Positions 46,593-56,503 are shown, numbered from the stretch's first letter. The stretch: 64,000 nucleotides of DNA from Pirellulaceae bacterium (GCA_035440305.1 DAORMC010000002.1:1295-65294), one strand, 5' to 3'. The notes: a model not told the origin generated them from the letters alone. Made by a program: numbers and translations.

Positions 46593-48133
46593 ACTCGCGC
46601 GAACTGACCGAATTGCTGTCGCGAGTCGCCGCCGATCAGGCGTTGAGCGACGACGATCAGGCATCGATTCTCGAGCAGATCAAGCAGCGCCCCGAACTGC
46701 GGCGGCTTCTGACGATCGATCTCGAGATCGACAGCTTGCTGGTCGCCGCAGCGACCTTCGATCGGACCGCCGAATCGTTCGTCGCCGCAACGATGGAGCG
46801 GCTCGCAGAGACGGGCGTTGAATCGGTCGACGCGACGTCGCCGACGAACGCCGCCGAACCGCGAATCGCGCCGAGTCCGATCGTCGAACCGCCGCGAGCC
46901 TCCGAAACGACGCATCCCTTGGGACCGCGCTCGGCCGAGCCGCCGCGCACCGCCGAACCGCACATCGTGCCTCGCGGAGCGCCGACCTCCGGAACGATTC
47001 CGACTCGCCGTCGTCGAGCCGGCGGCCGGACCGAGCGTCTGATCGCACTCGCCGCGGTGATCGCGATCCTGCTGGGGATCGGCTGGCTGCTGCGCAACGA
47101 ACTCGGCTGGAACCGTTCTCCGAATCGATCCACGCCGATCGCTCGACAACGACTCGATCGCGCGGCGCCGCTCCCGCACCGGTCGCTGCCGGACCTGCCG
47201 AGCGAAGATCCCGGTTTCGCCTATGTGACCGCCTCGCGCGACGCGGTCTGGGAGACGCCTCATGAGGACGGTGATCGACTTTCGTCCGGCCTCGTCCGAT
47301 TGTCGTCGGGTGAGGCGACGATCCGTTTCGACAAGGGGACCGCGGCGCGGCTGGTCGGACCGGCGACGCTCGATCTTCGCGATCCCGATGAGGTCCGATT
47401 GGTCCACGGAAAGGTCAGCGTCGCGGTTCCGCCTCAGGCGATCGGCTTCACCGTCGTGACTCCGGTCGGCCGAGTCGTCGATCTCGGGACCGAGTTCGAT
47501 GTGGCGGTCGAAGCATCGGGGACGACCGAGACGCTGGTCCGCAGCGGCAAGGTGATCTTCCGGCCTCAACATGGAAGCGAGCCGCCGGGGCGCTCGATCG
47601 AACTGACGGCGGAGGGGATGAATCGCTCGGTCGCTTCGATTCCCGAGGTCGACCTCGCGGCGACGACCTTTCTTCCGGTATCGACCGCCGTCCATGGTCG
47701 CCGAGGAACCTTCTTCGGCGTGATCAGCGCCGGAGGAAGAACGCTGGAGTTCGACTCGCCCGACGAATATCTCGCCTATCGCGATCGCGTCTTTGGCGAA
47801 CTCGTCGCGGCTCCGGCCGACTTCGAACGCGCCTGGTCCGAGATGGTCCGAGCGATGGCGTTCGGCGGCGGAATGACGATCGACGGCGGCGCGGGACCGA
47901 ACCCTGTTCAAGGGATGGGGAACTTCCGTTCGCGCAGCATCTCGGTGACGGTCGACGGCCGGAGCATTTCGATCACCGAATCGAGTCGTGACGGCATTCG
48001 TGTCGTCATCGACGAACCGATCGACGGCAAGCGTCGCGAGACGGTGGTGACGGCGACCGATCCCGACGATCTGGCGACTCGCAGCGCCGAAGCGCGAGCG
48101 TTGTACGACCGCTATCTGGGAAGCGGGGAGTAG
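46589..48133 (+). CDS. Anti-sigma factor, FecR-domain, single-pass membrane protein
   Basis: ATG 46589 overlaps the sigma stop (ATGA). TM helix 'LIALAAVIAILLGIGWLL'. FecR-like beta-region 'SGEATIRFDKGTAARLVGPATLDLRDPDEVRLVHGKVSV ... GTEFDVAV ... LVRSGKVIF'. The ORF-track start 45956 is a spurious extension across the sigma gene. Confidence 0.8.
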   Translation: MNSRELTELLSRVAADQALSDDDQASILEQIKQRPELRRLLTIDLEIDSLLVAAATFDRTAESFVAATMERLAETGVESVDATSPTNAAEPRIAPSPIVEPPRASETTHPLGPRSAEPPRTAEPHIVPRGAPTSGTIPTRRRRAGGRTERLIALAAVIAILLGIGWLLRNELGWNRSPNRSTPIARQRLDRAAPLPHRSLPDLPSEDPGFAYVTASRDAVWETPHEDGDRLSSGLVRLSSGEATIRFDKGTAARLVGPATLDLRDPDEVRLVHGKVSVAVPPQAIGFTVVTPVGRVVDLGTEFDVAVEASGTTETLVRSGKVIFRPQHGSEPPGRSIELTAEGMNRSVASIPEVDLAATTFLPVSTAVHGRRGTFFGVISAGGRTLEFDSPDEYLAYRDRVFGELVAAPADFERAWSEMVRAMAFGGGMTIDGGAGPNPVQGMGNFRSRSISVTVDGRSISITESSRDGIRVVIDEPIDGKRRETVVTATDPDDLATRSAEARALYDRYLGSGE

Positions 48134-48304
48134 CGTCGGAGGTCACCGGAGGCGCGGTCGCCTGATCCCGCTTCCGAAGTTTCTTCGGATCGGGGCGTGA
48201 CGACGGTTCGGCGACGGCAACCGAACGGTGGAACGGGACGCGAGCACCAAGGAGTGCGATCGCCGACCACTTTTCGACCGCCCACGTACGCAAGGAACCG
48301 ATCG

Positions 48305-48901
48305 ATGAACGCGCGACGAACGAAGTCGAAGAAGCCCTGGCTGTTGGCGGCGGCGATGTCGCTCCCGCTGCTCGCCGCCGGCACCGCTCCGGCTCAGCAG
48401 TCCGGATCGACGCAGCAGCAAGGATCGCAGTCGAGCGGAACGGTGATCCGAAGCGGATCCTCCTCGTCGAGCTCCGGCGGATCGTCGTCGGCCATGGCGG
48501 GTGGCATGGCAGGGGGCATGGCCGGCGGCAACGCGGGGGGCTTTGCGGGCGGGGGAGCCGGCTTTCCGAACGGACTGAACCTGCAGGAACTGATGCGTCA
48601 GCAGGGGTTGCCGCAGGAGTTCCCGGGCGTGATGCAGCAGAGCGGGGCTTCGAGTCGGAGCGTGTCGATCAGCGAGAACGGCCGGACGGTCGCGATCACC
48701 GAGTCGAGCGACGCGGGGATCACGGTGACCGTCACCGAGACGATCGACGGCGAAGAGCGCAAGACGGAGGTCAAGGCTCCGAACAAGGAAGAACTGCGGA
48801 AGAAGAACGCCGAGGCGTATCGGCTGTACCAGCGCTACATGAAGGACCCGGCCGAGATGCACGAGATGATCCGCCGGATGATGGAGGGGATCGACGGCTA
48901 G
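48305..48901 (+). CDS. Secreted Gly/Ser-rich protein sharing a C-terminal module with the upstream anti-sigma factor
   Basis: Start at ATG 48305 (MNARRTKSKKPWLLAAAMSLPLLAAGTAPAQQ signal). It has 'MAGG' low-complexity repeats, and its C-terminal 60 aa align to the anti-sigma C-terminus. Confidence 0.65.
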   Translation: MNARRTKSKKPWLLAAAMSLPLLAAGTAPAQQSGSTQQQGSQSSGTVIRSGSSSSSSGGSSSAMAGGMAGGMAGGNAGGFAGGGAGFPNGLNLQELMRQQGLPQEFPGVMQQSGASSRSVSISENGRTVAITESSDAGITVTVTETIDGEERKTEVKAPNKEELRKKNAEAYRLYQRYMKDPAEMHEMIRRMMEGIDG

Positions 48902-48955
48902 CGCGAACGAAGCTTCGCTCCGCTCACGAGCCGGCTGGGGGCGATTGCCTTACCG

Positions 48956-48993
48956 AACGCGCGGCGCTCGACGACCCGAGAGCGCCGCGCGTT
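48956..48993 (+). terminator. Perfect 14-bp stem-loop 55 nt after the 48305-48901 stop
   Basis: aacgcgcggcgctc (48956-48969) / gagcgccgcgcgtt (48980-48993) with a 10-nt loop. There is no clear T-run afterwards, so it may be a terminator or an RNA-stability element. Confidence 0.4.
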
Positions 48994-49195
48994 GCGGCAA
49001 TCACGCCTGGCACGACTTGCCGCCGTTGCGGACGAATTTTTATCGCGGCGTTCGAAATCCGATTGCGACGTTTCGGGAATCGAAGAATAATCCCGGATGT
49101 TCCGAACAGCTCATCGCCGATGTGCGTAACGAGCCCAACGGCTCGCTCGGTACCGTCGCTACGGATCGCGTGCCGCTCTTCTTTCGGTCGTCGCC

Positions 49196-49663
49196 ATGTC
49201 GTCCGCCGCTCATCACCCCCCGACTCGTTGCCGGATGCTGTTCCGGGCGGTCGTGGCGTTGTTGGGCTTCGGCGGCGGGATACTGACGAACGACACCGTC
49301 GCGGCTCAGTGCGGTAACTACGTCCTGTTCGTCGACGACGAAGGACGGCCGTTGCCGATGGGCCATCATCTGGCCGAACATCCGGCGGACGAGCTGTCGA
49401 AGCGGCATCCGCTGTCGGCCGATGCGGACGGCAGCGATCCGACGCTCCCCTGTCACGGCATTCATTGCCGACAGGGAAAGCAACCGACGATTCTCCCGCC
49501 CGCTCCGCCTCAGGAGCAGCGCCGCGAACTCTCGACTCCTTCGATCGGCACGGCACATCCGATCGAGGAGCCTTCCGTCGGTGAATTCCGACGTCTTGCG
49601 GAGCCGCCGCTCGTTCGGCAGCTCGTCATCTCGCGCCCCTGGCGCCCACCCGAATCGCTCTGA
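49196..49663 (+). CDS. Small secreted 3-Cys protein, unnamed family (paralog of 42584-43066)
   Basis: Signal-like 'MLFRAVVALLGFGGGILTNDTVAAQ' (alternative start ATG 49235). It shares the blocks 'CGNYVLFVDDEGRPLP', 'LPCHGIHCR' and C-terminal 'RPWRPP'. Confidence 0.55.
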   Translation: MSSAAHHPPTRCRMLFRAVVALLGFGGGILTNDTVAAQCGNYVLFVDDEGRPLPMGHHLAEHPADELSKRHPLSADADGSDPTLPCHGIHCRQGKQPTILPPAPPQEQRRELSTPSIGTAHPIEEPSVGEFRRLAEPPLVRQLVISRPWRPPESL

Positions 49664-50096
49664 GTCGATTCGGGAAGGGGATTGCGCGCTTCGTTCGTCG
49701 ATCGATCGTCAGCCCTTGCGCCGGACTCCGCCGCCACCTCGAGCGACGGAGCGGCTCGAGTCGCTCGGATTCGATCGATCCGATCAGCATGACGTGAACG
49801 TTCGTTCGCAGACGTCCGCAACGGACGCTCTTCGACGATCAGCTGCGTTCGTGCGTCGCGTTCCGAACGAGCACGCTCGTCCTCTCTCGACCTGATCCGT
49901 GCGCGCGATTTCGTGCGTGCGCCCTCTTGGTCATCGCTGCGCAGCGAAAGCTGCGCGTTCGCCCGAAAGTCGATCGCCATGCGATCGGCAACCTTCGGGC
50001 GTCCCCCGAACTCGTCCCGACTCGGTCTCACGGCCCACTGCGTCGCCGTCCGACCGGTTCCGTTCTCATCGTCGCCGATCCATCGGAGTCCTCATC

Positions 50097-51068
50097 ATGT
50101 CGAGTCGTTCGTTTCGTTCGCGGACCGGCTTCACGCTGGTCGAGCTGTTGGTGGTGATCGCCATCATCGGTGTTCTGATCGCCCTGCTGCTTCCCGCCGT
50201 GCAGATGGCTCGCGAAGCGGCTCGCCGCACGAGCTGTGCCAACAACCTGAAGCAGATGGGGTTGGCGCTGCACATGTACCACGACAATCAGGGAGCCTTT
50301 CCGCCGGGGAACTACGGCGATCAGGGCTTCACCGGTTTCTCGCTCCACGCGTTGCTGCTGCCGTATGTCGAACAGTCGACGGTCTACGACCAGATCGACT
50401 TCCGCTTCAACTACCTGCATCCGAACAACGATGCGGTGCGGAACCGGAGTCTTCAGGTCTTCCTGTGCCCGAGCGATCCGGTGAAGTTGCCGTCCGGACT
50501 CGGCGGTCGAAACAACTACTACGGCAACTGCGGCGTCGGCATCCTCTTCTCCGGCATCTCGCCGACGAACCCCGCCGATCCGAACTACGGCATGCCGGGT
50601 TCCGACGGCGTCTTCTACCGCAACAGCGCCACGACCTTCGGCATGCTCTCCGACGGAAGCAGCAACACCGTCGCCTTCTCCGAGAAGTGCTCCGGTGACG
50701 GCTCGAACGGCATCTCGTCCAAGACCGACACGTTCGCGCCGGGAACGTACCCGTCGACTCCTGATCAGGCGCTGGCGGATTGCCGAGCGGTCGACGTCAC
50801 GAACCTCTCGCGGCAAGGAGTCTCGAACGTCGGCGCGCCGTGGCTCTGGGCCTACCACTCGACGACTCTCTACTGGCACACCGCGCCGCCCAACGAGCGA
50901 TCGTGCATGTATCCCCCCGGCCGCATCATGACGACCGCCAGCAGCGGTCATCCGTCGATCGTCCAGTCGGCGATGTGCGACGGCAGCGTTCGCCCGGTCG
51001 CTAACGGCGTCAACCTGGCGACGTGGCGAGCGATGGGCACGCGATCCGACGGCGACCTCACCAACTGA
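50097..51068 (+). CDS. DUF1559 domain protein with a prepilin-type N-terminal cleavage/methylation motif (H-X9-DG family)
   Basis: '[53 protein letters not shown]' is the hallmark N-terminus. The C-terminal '[18 protein letters not shown]' is the H-X9-DG block. Confidence 0.9.
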   Translation: MSSRSFRSRTGFTLVELLVVIAIIGVLIALLLPAVQMAREAARRTSCANNLKQMGLALHMYHDNQGAFPPGNYGDQGFTGFSLHALLLPYVEQSTVYDQIDFRFNYLHPNNDAVRNRSLQVFLCPSDPVKLPSGLGGRNNYYGNCGVGILFSGISPTNPADPNYGMPGSDGVFYRNSATTFGMLSDGSSNTVAFSEKCSGDGSNGISSKTDTFAPGTYPSTPDQALADCRAVDVTNLSRQGVSNVGAPWLWAYHSTTLYWHTAPPNERSCMYPPGRIMTTASSGHPSIVQSAMCDGSVRPVANGVNLATWRAMGTRSDGDLTN

Positions 51069-51088
51069 TGACGGCAGGAGATCGGTTC

Positions 51089-51514
51089 ATGTTTTCCGCT
51101 TGCTGCGTGATTCCCTGCCCGGCACGACGTCCGGTCGTGATCCGTTCGGCCCTGGCGATCCTGTTGCTCGGCACCGTGGCCGCGATCGGTTGCGGCGGCC
51201 GCGGAGCCGATGCCTATCCGCTCGATCAGCCGCAAGCCGAAGCGGCTCTGCGCGCCTGGCTCGATCACTGGAAGTCGGGAAAGTCTCCCGACGGCCTGAA
51301 CGACGTCCGCCCCGGCCTGGTCGTCGGTGATGTCGACTGGAACTCCGGTGCGAAGCTGAAGGACTACACCATCGCCGAGACCGGCTTCTCGGACGGGACC
51401 AACTGGCATATCGCCGTAACGCTCGAGCTCGAGCGATCCGGCGCATCGGCCGAGAAGTCCGAGATCACCTACGTCGTCGGAACCAGCCCGGTCGAGACGA
51501 TCTTCCGCAAGTGA
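51089..51514 (+). CDS. Small hypothetical lipoprotein downstream of the DUF1559 gene
   Basis: ATG 51089 is preceded by GGCAGGAG. Lipobox 'LLGTVAAIGCGG'. 141 aa, no motif recognised. Confidence 0.55.
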   Translation: MFSACCVIPCPARRPVVIRSALAILLLGTVAAIGCGGRGADAYPLDQPQAEAALRAWLDHWKSGKSPDGLNDVRPGLVVGDVDWNSGAKLKDYTIAETGFSDGTNWHIAVTLELERSGASAEKSEITYVVGTSPVETIFRK

Positions 51515-51572
51515 ATTCCACCCGGGCTCGCGACTTGCCGTCAGGCGATCGCGGCCGATCAGGAGAAGATTG

Positions 51573-54023
51573 ATGGTCGTTCGCATGTCATGCGCGTCGA
51601 ACGTCGCGCGAGGGATCCCTCGCGCTCTTGCCCTCGGGGTGCTCGCGACGGTCGGATTCGTCGCAGGCCGCGCCGAAGGAGCCTTGCAGGAGGAGGGTCT
51701 GCCGATCGTCCCGGCGACTCGTACCGAAGAGAAGACGGCACTCGAACTGCTGAAGCAGCGTTCGCCGCGACTGCCGGTCGACGGCGAGGCATCGGTCGTC
51801 ATCAACGGGCGGGCTCGGCGACAGTATCTGCCGCCGAGTTGGACCGCCGCCGACTTCAAGGACGATCCGACGATGAGTCTCGATCCGACCTTCAAGATCC
51901 GGATCTTCTGGATCGTCTCGCGCGCCAACGACTGTCACTACTGCCTGGGACACCAGGAGGTGAAGTTGTCGGCGGCCGGAGACACCGAGGACGAGATCGC
52001 TCGGCTGGACTGCGACTGGGAAGCGTTCGATCCGGCATCGCGAGCGGCGTTCGCTTATGCCCGCGCGGCGACGCTCGATCCCGCCTCGGTCGACCAGGCG
52101 ATGATCGACGAACTGCGGAAGCACTACGACGCGCGACAGATCGTCGAGATCGCGCACGTCGTGGCGATGTTCAACTCGGTCAATCGCTGGACCGATGCGC
52201 TCGGTCTCCCGCAGGACGATCGGATGCGCGACCACGACGTCCGCTTCGATACCCCGACCTCGCCGCAGTATGCCGACGTCCGATCGCTCGTCGCGCCGCT
52301 CGACCGCGGGCCGGTCGATGCGCCACCGGACTCGGACGAGACGGAGCGGGGATTGGCCGAGGCGCTCCGTCGCCGATCGCTGCTTGACGATCCGGGGGTG
52401 CCGGGAGCGGCAGCCGACGGTCCGGCGTGGGTGCGTGCCTGGAGTTGCTTTCCCGAGGTCGGCGCAGCGGCAATCGCTGCGCGACGCGATCAGCTCGAAG
52501 GGACGGAGTTCGATCACGAACTCGCGGCGGTGATCGCGAGGACGACCGCCAAGCGAAATCGGGCCTGGTATGCGTTCGGTACCGCCGAACGCCGACTGAG
52601 CGAACTCGGCTGGAGCGCCGACCGGCGCCGCTTGTTGGATGATCCCAACGCGATCGAACGAGCCGATCTCGCGGCGGTGGTCCGATTCGCGACGCGACTG
52701 ACTCGCCGCCCCGAGCGGATCGGCGATGACGACATCGCGGCACTCCGTCTGCACTTCGACGACGTGACCGTAGCGCGGATCGTCTTCGTCGCGGGGGCAT
52801 CGAACCAGTTCGACCGGTTCACCGAAACGCTGCGACTCCGACTGGAAGAGCCGATCGACTCGACCGAGGCGGATCGCGCAGACTCGGCGGCCGAACTGAC
52901 CGACGAAGCGAAGCAGGCGCTCGAGCGTCTGGCCGATCTTCCTGACGATTCGGAAGCGGGCCTCATGCGCGATGCGATCCTGTCCGGCAGTCGGCTCGGT
53001 CCGGGAGAAGGCTGGTTCGGTGTTGCGGTGACTCGCTCGCGGTACGACTGGCCGGCGGTCGTCGCCGCTTGGGATGCGGACGCGAACGGTCGACTGCAGC
53101 GCAACGAACTGGCGCTCGACGATACCGACTTCGCGCGGATCGATCGGAATCGGGATGGCGAGATTACGGAAGACGATCTGAATCCGGAGCCTCGCGAACC
53201 GGGGGACGGCCTGCGGGAAATGGTCCGACGCTTGGATGCGGACGGAGACGGTCGACTGACCGCCGGCGAGTTCGACACGCTACGCGATCGACTGATCGGC
53301 GCCGCGATGGAGAACGCTCCGAAGCGATCGGTCCTGGCGGGCAATGCCGGCTGGATGACGGTCGACGAGCTGCGAGGCACGCTGCTGCCGCCGGCGACCG
53401 GACGCTCCGGCCCGAACGACATGCCGACGGCGTCGACGCTGATCGTGGCACTCGATCGTCAGGAGATCGGAGCGCATGATCCGGGGCCTTCGCTCGGCGA
53501 TCTCGCGCCGGACTTCGACGAACCGACGCTCGGAGGGGGGCGCTTCGTGCTGTCCGACGGACTTGCCGAACGGCCGACCGTCGTCGTGCTGGGCAACTTC
53601 ACCTGCGGTCCCTTTCGATCGCAGGCGGGGAACCTCCACCGCCTGTTCGAACGCTACTCGGACCGATTCCGTTTCGTGATGATCTACGTACGCGAAGCGC
53701 ATCCGACCGGCGGCTGGAGCATGGAACGGAATCGCCATCAGGGGGTCGAGATCGAACAGCCGGCCGATGATGCCGAGCGTCGCGCGGTCGCCGAACGCTG
53801 CGCGGCGCACTTGGGATTCGAGATCCCGGTCATCGTCGACGGCATCGACGATCGTCTCGGCAAAGCGTTCAGCGGGATGCCGGCTCGGCTGTACCTGATC
53901 GACCGCCAAGGGAAGGTCGCCTTCAAGAGCGGTCGAGGTCCGTTCGGATTCGACGTCTCGGCGCTCGAGTCGGCGATGGTGTTCGAGCTGTTGAACGGGA
54001 ACGGCAGCACGACGGAGGAGTGA
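51573..54023 (+). CDS. Multidomain secreted redox protein: AhpD-like CxxC domain + Cys-less AhpD-like repeat + three EF-hand loops + thioredoxin-fold deiodinase-like domain
   Basis: ATG 51573 lies 6 nt after AGGAGA. 'FWIVSRANDCHYCLGHQEVKLSAAGDTEDEI' (51901-51990). EF loops 'DADANGRLQRNE', 'DRNRDGEITEDD' and 'DADGDGRLTAGE' (53073-53270). 'VVVLGNFTCGPFRSQ ... VMIYVREAHP' is the deiodinase-like/Trx-fold signature, with Cys rather than Sec. Confidence 0.8.
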   Translation: MVVRMSCASNVARGIPRALALGVLATVGFVAGRAEGALQEEGLPIVPATRTEEKTALELLKQRSPRLPVDGEASVVINGRARRQYLPPSWTAADFKDDPTMSLDPTFKIRIFWIVSRANDCHYCLGHQEVKLSAAGDTEDEIARLDCDWEAFDPASRAAFAYARAATLDPASVDQAMIDELRKHYDARQIVEIAHVVAMFNSVNRWTDALGLPQDDRMRDHDVRFDTPTSPQYADVRSLVAPLDRGPVDAPPDSDETERGLAEALRRRSLLDDPGVPGAAADGPAWVRAWSCFPEVGAAAIAARRDQLEGTEFDHELAAVIARTTAKRNRAWYAFGTAERRLSELGWSADRRRLLDDPNAIERADLAAVVRFATRLTRRPERIGDDDIAALRLHFDDVTVARIVFVAGASNQFDRFTETLRLRLEEPIDSTEADRADSAAELTDEAKQALERLADLPDDSEAGLMRDAILSGSRLGPGEGWFGVAVTRSRYDWPAVVAAWDADANGRLQRNELALDDTDFARIDRNRDGEITEDDLNPEPREPGDGLREMVRRLDADGDGRLTAGEFDTLRDRLIGAAMENAPKRSVLAGNAGWMTVDELRGTLLPPATGRSGPNDMPTASTLIVALDRQEIGAHDPGPSLGDLAPDFDEPTLGGGRFVLSDGLAERPTVVVLGNFTCGPFRSQAGNLHRLFERYSDRFRFVMIYVREAHPTGGWSMERNRHQGVEIEQPADDAERRAVAERCAAHLGFEIPVIVDGIDDRLGKAFSGMPARLYLIDRQGKVAFKSGRGPFGFDVSALESAMVFELLNGNGSTTEE

Positions 54024-54157
54024 CGCCGGTCGGTTTCGGGAAGAGAGGAGTGCGAGTCACGACCGAGTCGAACGACCAGGTCCGCTCGTGCCTTCTCGCT
54101 TCGCTCCGATTGCCTTGCGCTCGCTCGGAAACGACGGGCGACTTTCGGGAGACGGCC

Positions 54158-55405
54158 ATGACGGCGTTCGTCGAATTGCCGGACGACGCGAGCGCGTGGC
54201 GTCTGTTGCCCGAGACGACGGTCGGCGGCGAGGGACCGTTGCCGACGTGGGCGCGCGCTCTGGCGCCGCACCTCCCTCGGACCGCAGCGGCGATGCTTCA
54301 GCTGGATGCCGCGCATCGGAGAAAGGGGCTCGGCAATCCGATCCTGCGAGCCAAGTTGCGTTGGGTCGTCGCGCGAGAGAACCGTTGCGGCTACGCGATG
54401 GAGACGGCGGTTGCCGATCTGCGTCGGGCCGGCGCATCGGAAGAGTCGATCGCGCGACTGGTGGCGGGCCCCGACGGCTGGTCCGAAGCGGATCGCGACT
54501 CGTTCGAACTGGTGCGGTGTCTGACGATCGATGCGCCGTCATTGCCCGACGATCTGTTCGAACGGGTGCGGCGTCGCTTCGGCGATCGGACCGTCGCCAG
54601 GATGGTGCTGTTGGCCGCCTACGGCAACTTTCAGGACCGCTGGCTGCTCGGCCTCGGACTGCCGCTGGAGGCCGAGGGGCCGTTGCCGCCGATCGTCGCG
54701 GAGTTCGTCGCAGGGACGCTCCAGCTGGAACCGCATACGCCGTCACCGGCGCGGCGGATCCGGCTCGCTACGGCGATCGGCGACGGAAGGGGGAAGCGAA
54801 CGAGTCGCTTCGCGGAAGCGTTTCGGGAACTGCAACGTCGACTGGAGCGGCAACGAGGAGCGCCTCCTCGCCTGCCGGTTCCGCGCTGGCAGGAGGTCGC
54901 GGATCAGCTTCCGGCCGCGATGGCCAGTCGCCCGACTCGCATCATCTGGAATCTGATGACGTTCGGTTACGCCGCGGACCTGCAGATCCCTTGGGCGATC
55001 GCGACGCGGACGCACTGGGCCGAGCGTCCCGAGGATCGGATTCTCGAGGAACTGCTCTTCTGGATCCAGACGCATACCGTCGGCTGCAACTACTGCATGG
55101 GGCACTGCGAGATGCTGCTCGAGCTCTCCGGCCTCGGCTCGGACGAAGTCGCCGAGTTGCTGCGTCAGTTGGCGAACGACGACTGGACCGGCTTCGATCC
55201 GGCCGAGCGGCGCGCGTTCGGTTTGGCCCGCAAGCTGACCGGCCGTCCGTGGGAACTGACGGCCGACGACTTCGGGACGCTGGCGACCGACTACGGCCCG
55301 ACCGACGCGATGTCGCTCTTCTGGTGGCTCTGCCGCGGGCTCTACATGACCCGCATCAGCGACGGCTTCCGCCTGCCGCTGGAACGCGAGAACGTCTTCG
55401 CGTAG
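54158..55405 (+). CDS. AhpD-like/carboxymuconolactone-decarboxylase-family protein (degenerate N-terminal repeat plus a CxxC repeat)
   Basis: Start at ATG 54158 (MTAFVELPDD). 'LRWVVARENRCGYAMETAVADL' is the degenerate repeat, and 'FWIQTHTVGCNYCMGHCEMLLELSGLGSDE' carries CxxC..H. Confidence 0.7.
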   Translation: MTAFVELPDDASAWRLLPETTVGGEGPLPTWARALAPHLPRTAAAMLQLDAAHRRKGLGNPILRAKLRWVVARENRCGYAMETAVADLRRAGASEESIARLVAGPDGWSEADRDSFELVRCLTIDAPSLPDDLFERVRRRFGDRTVARMVLLAAYGNFQDRWLLGLGLPLEAEGPLPPIVAEFVAGTLQLEPHTPSPARRIRLATAIGDGRGKRTSRFAEAFRELQRRLERQRGAPPRLPVPRWQEVADQLPAAMASRPTRIIWNLMTFGYAADLQIPWAIATRTHWAERPEDRILEELLFWIQTHTVGCNYCMGHCEMLLELSGLGSDEVAELLRQLANDDWTGFDPAERRAFGLARKLTGRPWELTADDFGTLATDYGPTDAMSLFWWLCRGLYMTRISDGFRLPLERENVFA

Positions 55406-55423
55406 CCGACGGTAATCCGCGTC

Positions 55424-56311
55424 TCAGCCCAGATGCTCGCGGAAGAACTCGATCGTGCGACTCCAGGCGAGCTTGGCTGCCGCTTCGTCGTAGCGCGGCG
55501 TCGTGTCGTTGTGGAAGCCGTGGTTCGCGCCGGGATAGACGTGCGCGGTGAACGCCTTCCCCTGGTCGGTCATCGCCTGCTCGAAGGCGGGAGCGTTGGC
55601 GATGATCCGCTGGTCGTTCTCGGCATTGTGGATCAGCAGCGGCGCCTTGATCTTCGGGACATCCTCGAGCGCCGGCTGACTTCCGTAGAAGGGTACGCCC
55701 GCATCGAGAACGTCAGGAATCCGGACCGCCAGCTGATAGACGACTCCGCCGCCGTAGCAGAAGCCGACGGCGCCGACCTTGCCGGTCGAACGCGGATGCG
55801 TATCGAGCCATTTCGCGCCGGCGATGAAGTCGCGCAGCATCTCGTCCCGATCCCGCCGGGCCTGCATCGCACGCCCCTCGTCGTCGTTGCCGGGGTAGCC
55901 GCCGAGCGGGGCGAGCGCGTCGGGAGCGAGCGCCACGAACCCGGCGACCGCCAACCGTCGCGCGACATCCTCGATGTACGGATTCAGCCCTCGGTTCTCG
56001 TGGATCACCAGCACCGCCGGAAACTTCTCGCCCGCCGCCGGATAGGCGAGCAGCCCCTTCATCTCGCCCGCCCCCTCGGGACTCTCGTAGGTCGCTCGCT
56101 CGACGACGATCCGCGCGTCATCGGGAGCGACCTCCTGAGCCCAGGCATAGTTGGGAGTCAGACTGGCCAGCAACGCCTCGACCGTCATGCCGCCGACGGC
56201 GAACGCACCGAGACGCCGGATATAGTCGCGTCGATCCAGCCGCCCGTGAGCGTAGTCGTCGTAGAGATCGAGGACCTGGCGGTCGAACTCCGAAGCGTGC
56301 TTGCGTCGCAT
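55424..56311 (-). CDS. Dienelactone hydrolase family protein
   Basis: Start at ATG 56311 ([10 protein letters not shown]). '[35 protein letters not shown]', nucleophile block '[11 protein letters not shown]', and '[11 protein letters not shown]'. Confidence 0.85.
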   Translation of the reverse strand: MRRKHASEFDRQVLDLYDDYAHGRLDRRDYIRRLGAFAVGGMTVEALLASLTPNYAWAQEVAPDDARIVVERATYESPEGAGEMKGLLAYPAAGEKFPAVLVIHENRGLNPYIEDVARRLAVAGFVALAPDALAPLGGYPGNDDEGRAMQARRDRDEMLRDFIAGAKWLDTHPRSTGKVGAVGFCYGGGVVYQLAVRIPDVLDAGVPFYGSQPALEDVPKIKAPLLIHNAENDQRIIANAPAFEQAMTDQGKAFTAHVYPGANHGFHNDTTPRYDEAAAKLAWSRTIEFFREHLG

Positions 56312-56472
56312 GGTCGGTCGTCTCCGGGAACCTGAGGGAGGGAACTCGCGCTGCCGACGGCTCGAATGCCTCCGCCGGAGCGTACGTCGATTGTGCCCCA
56401 ATCGCGACGACGACGCACCCCGCATCCCAGCCGAAACGGCCGAGCCCTCGACGTTTCCGACGAACCGATCGC

Positions 56473-56503
56473 TTTCGGGAACTCGCATCGCGATTCGCCC
56501 GTC
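56473..56503 (+). promoter_or_regulatory. Candidate ECF-type promoter (TTTCGGGAAC-N17-CGTC) upstream of 56582-57826
   Basis: GGAAC is at 56478-56482, followed by a 17-nt spacer and CGTC at 56500-56503, about 80 nt before the ATG. The motif is short and could occur by chance. Confidence 0.25.

Noticed and set aside
53581-53620. Possible selenocysteine recoding in the deiodinase-like domain
   Set aside because: The active-site codon is TGC (Cys) in 'FTCGPF', and there is no in-frame TGA in the gene.
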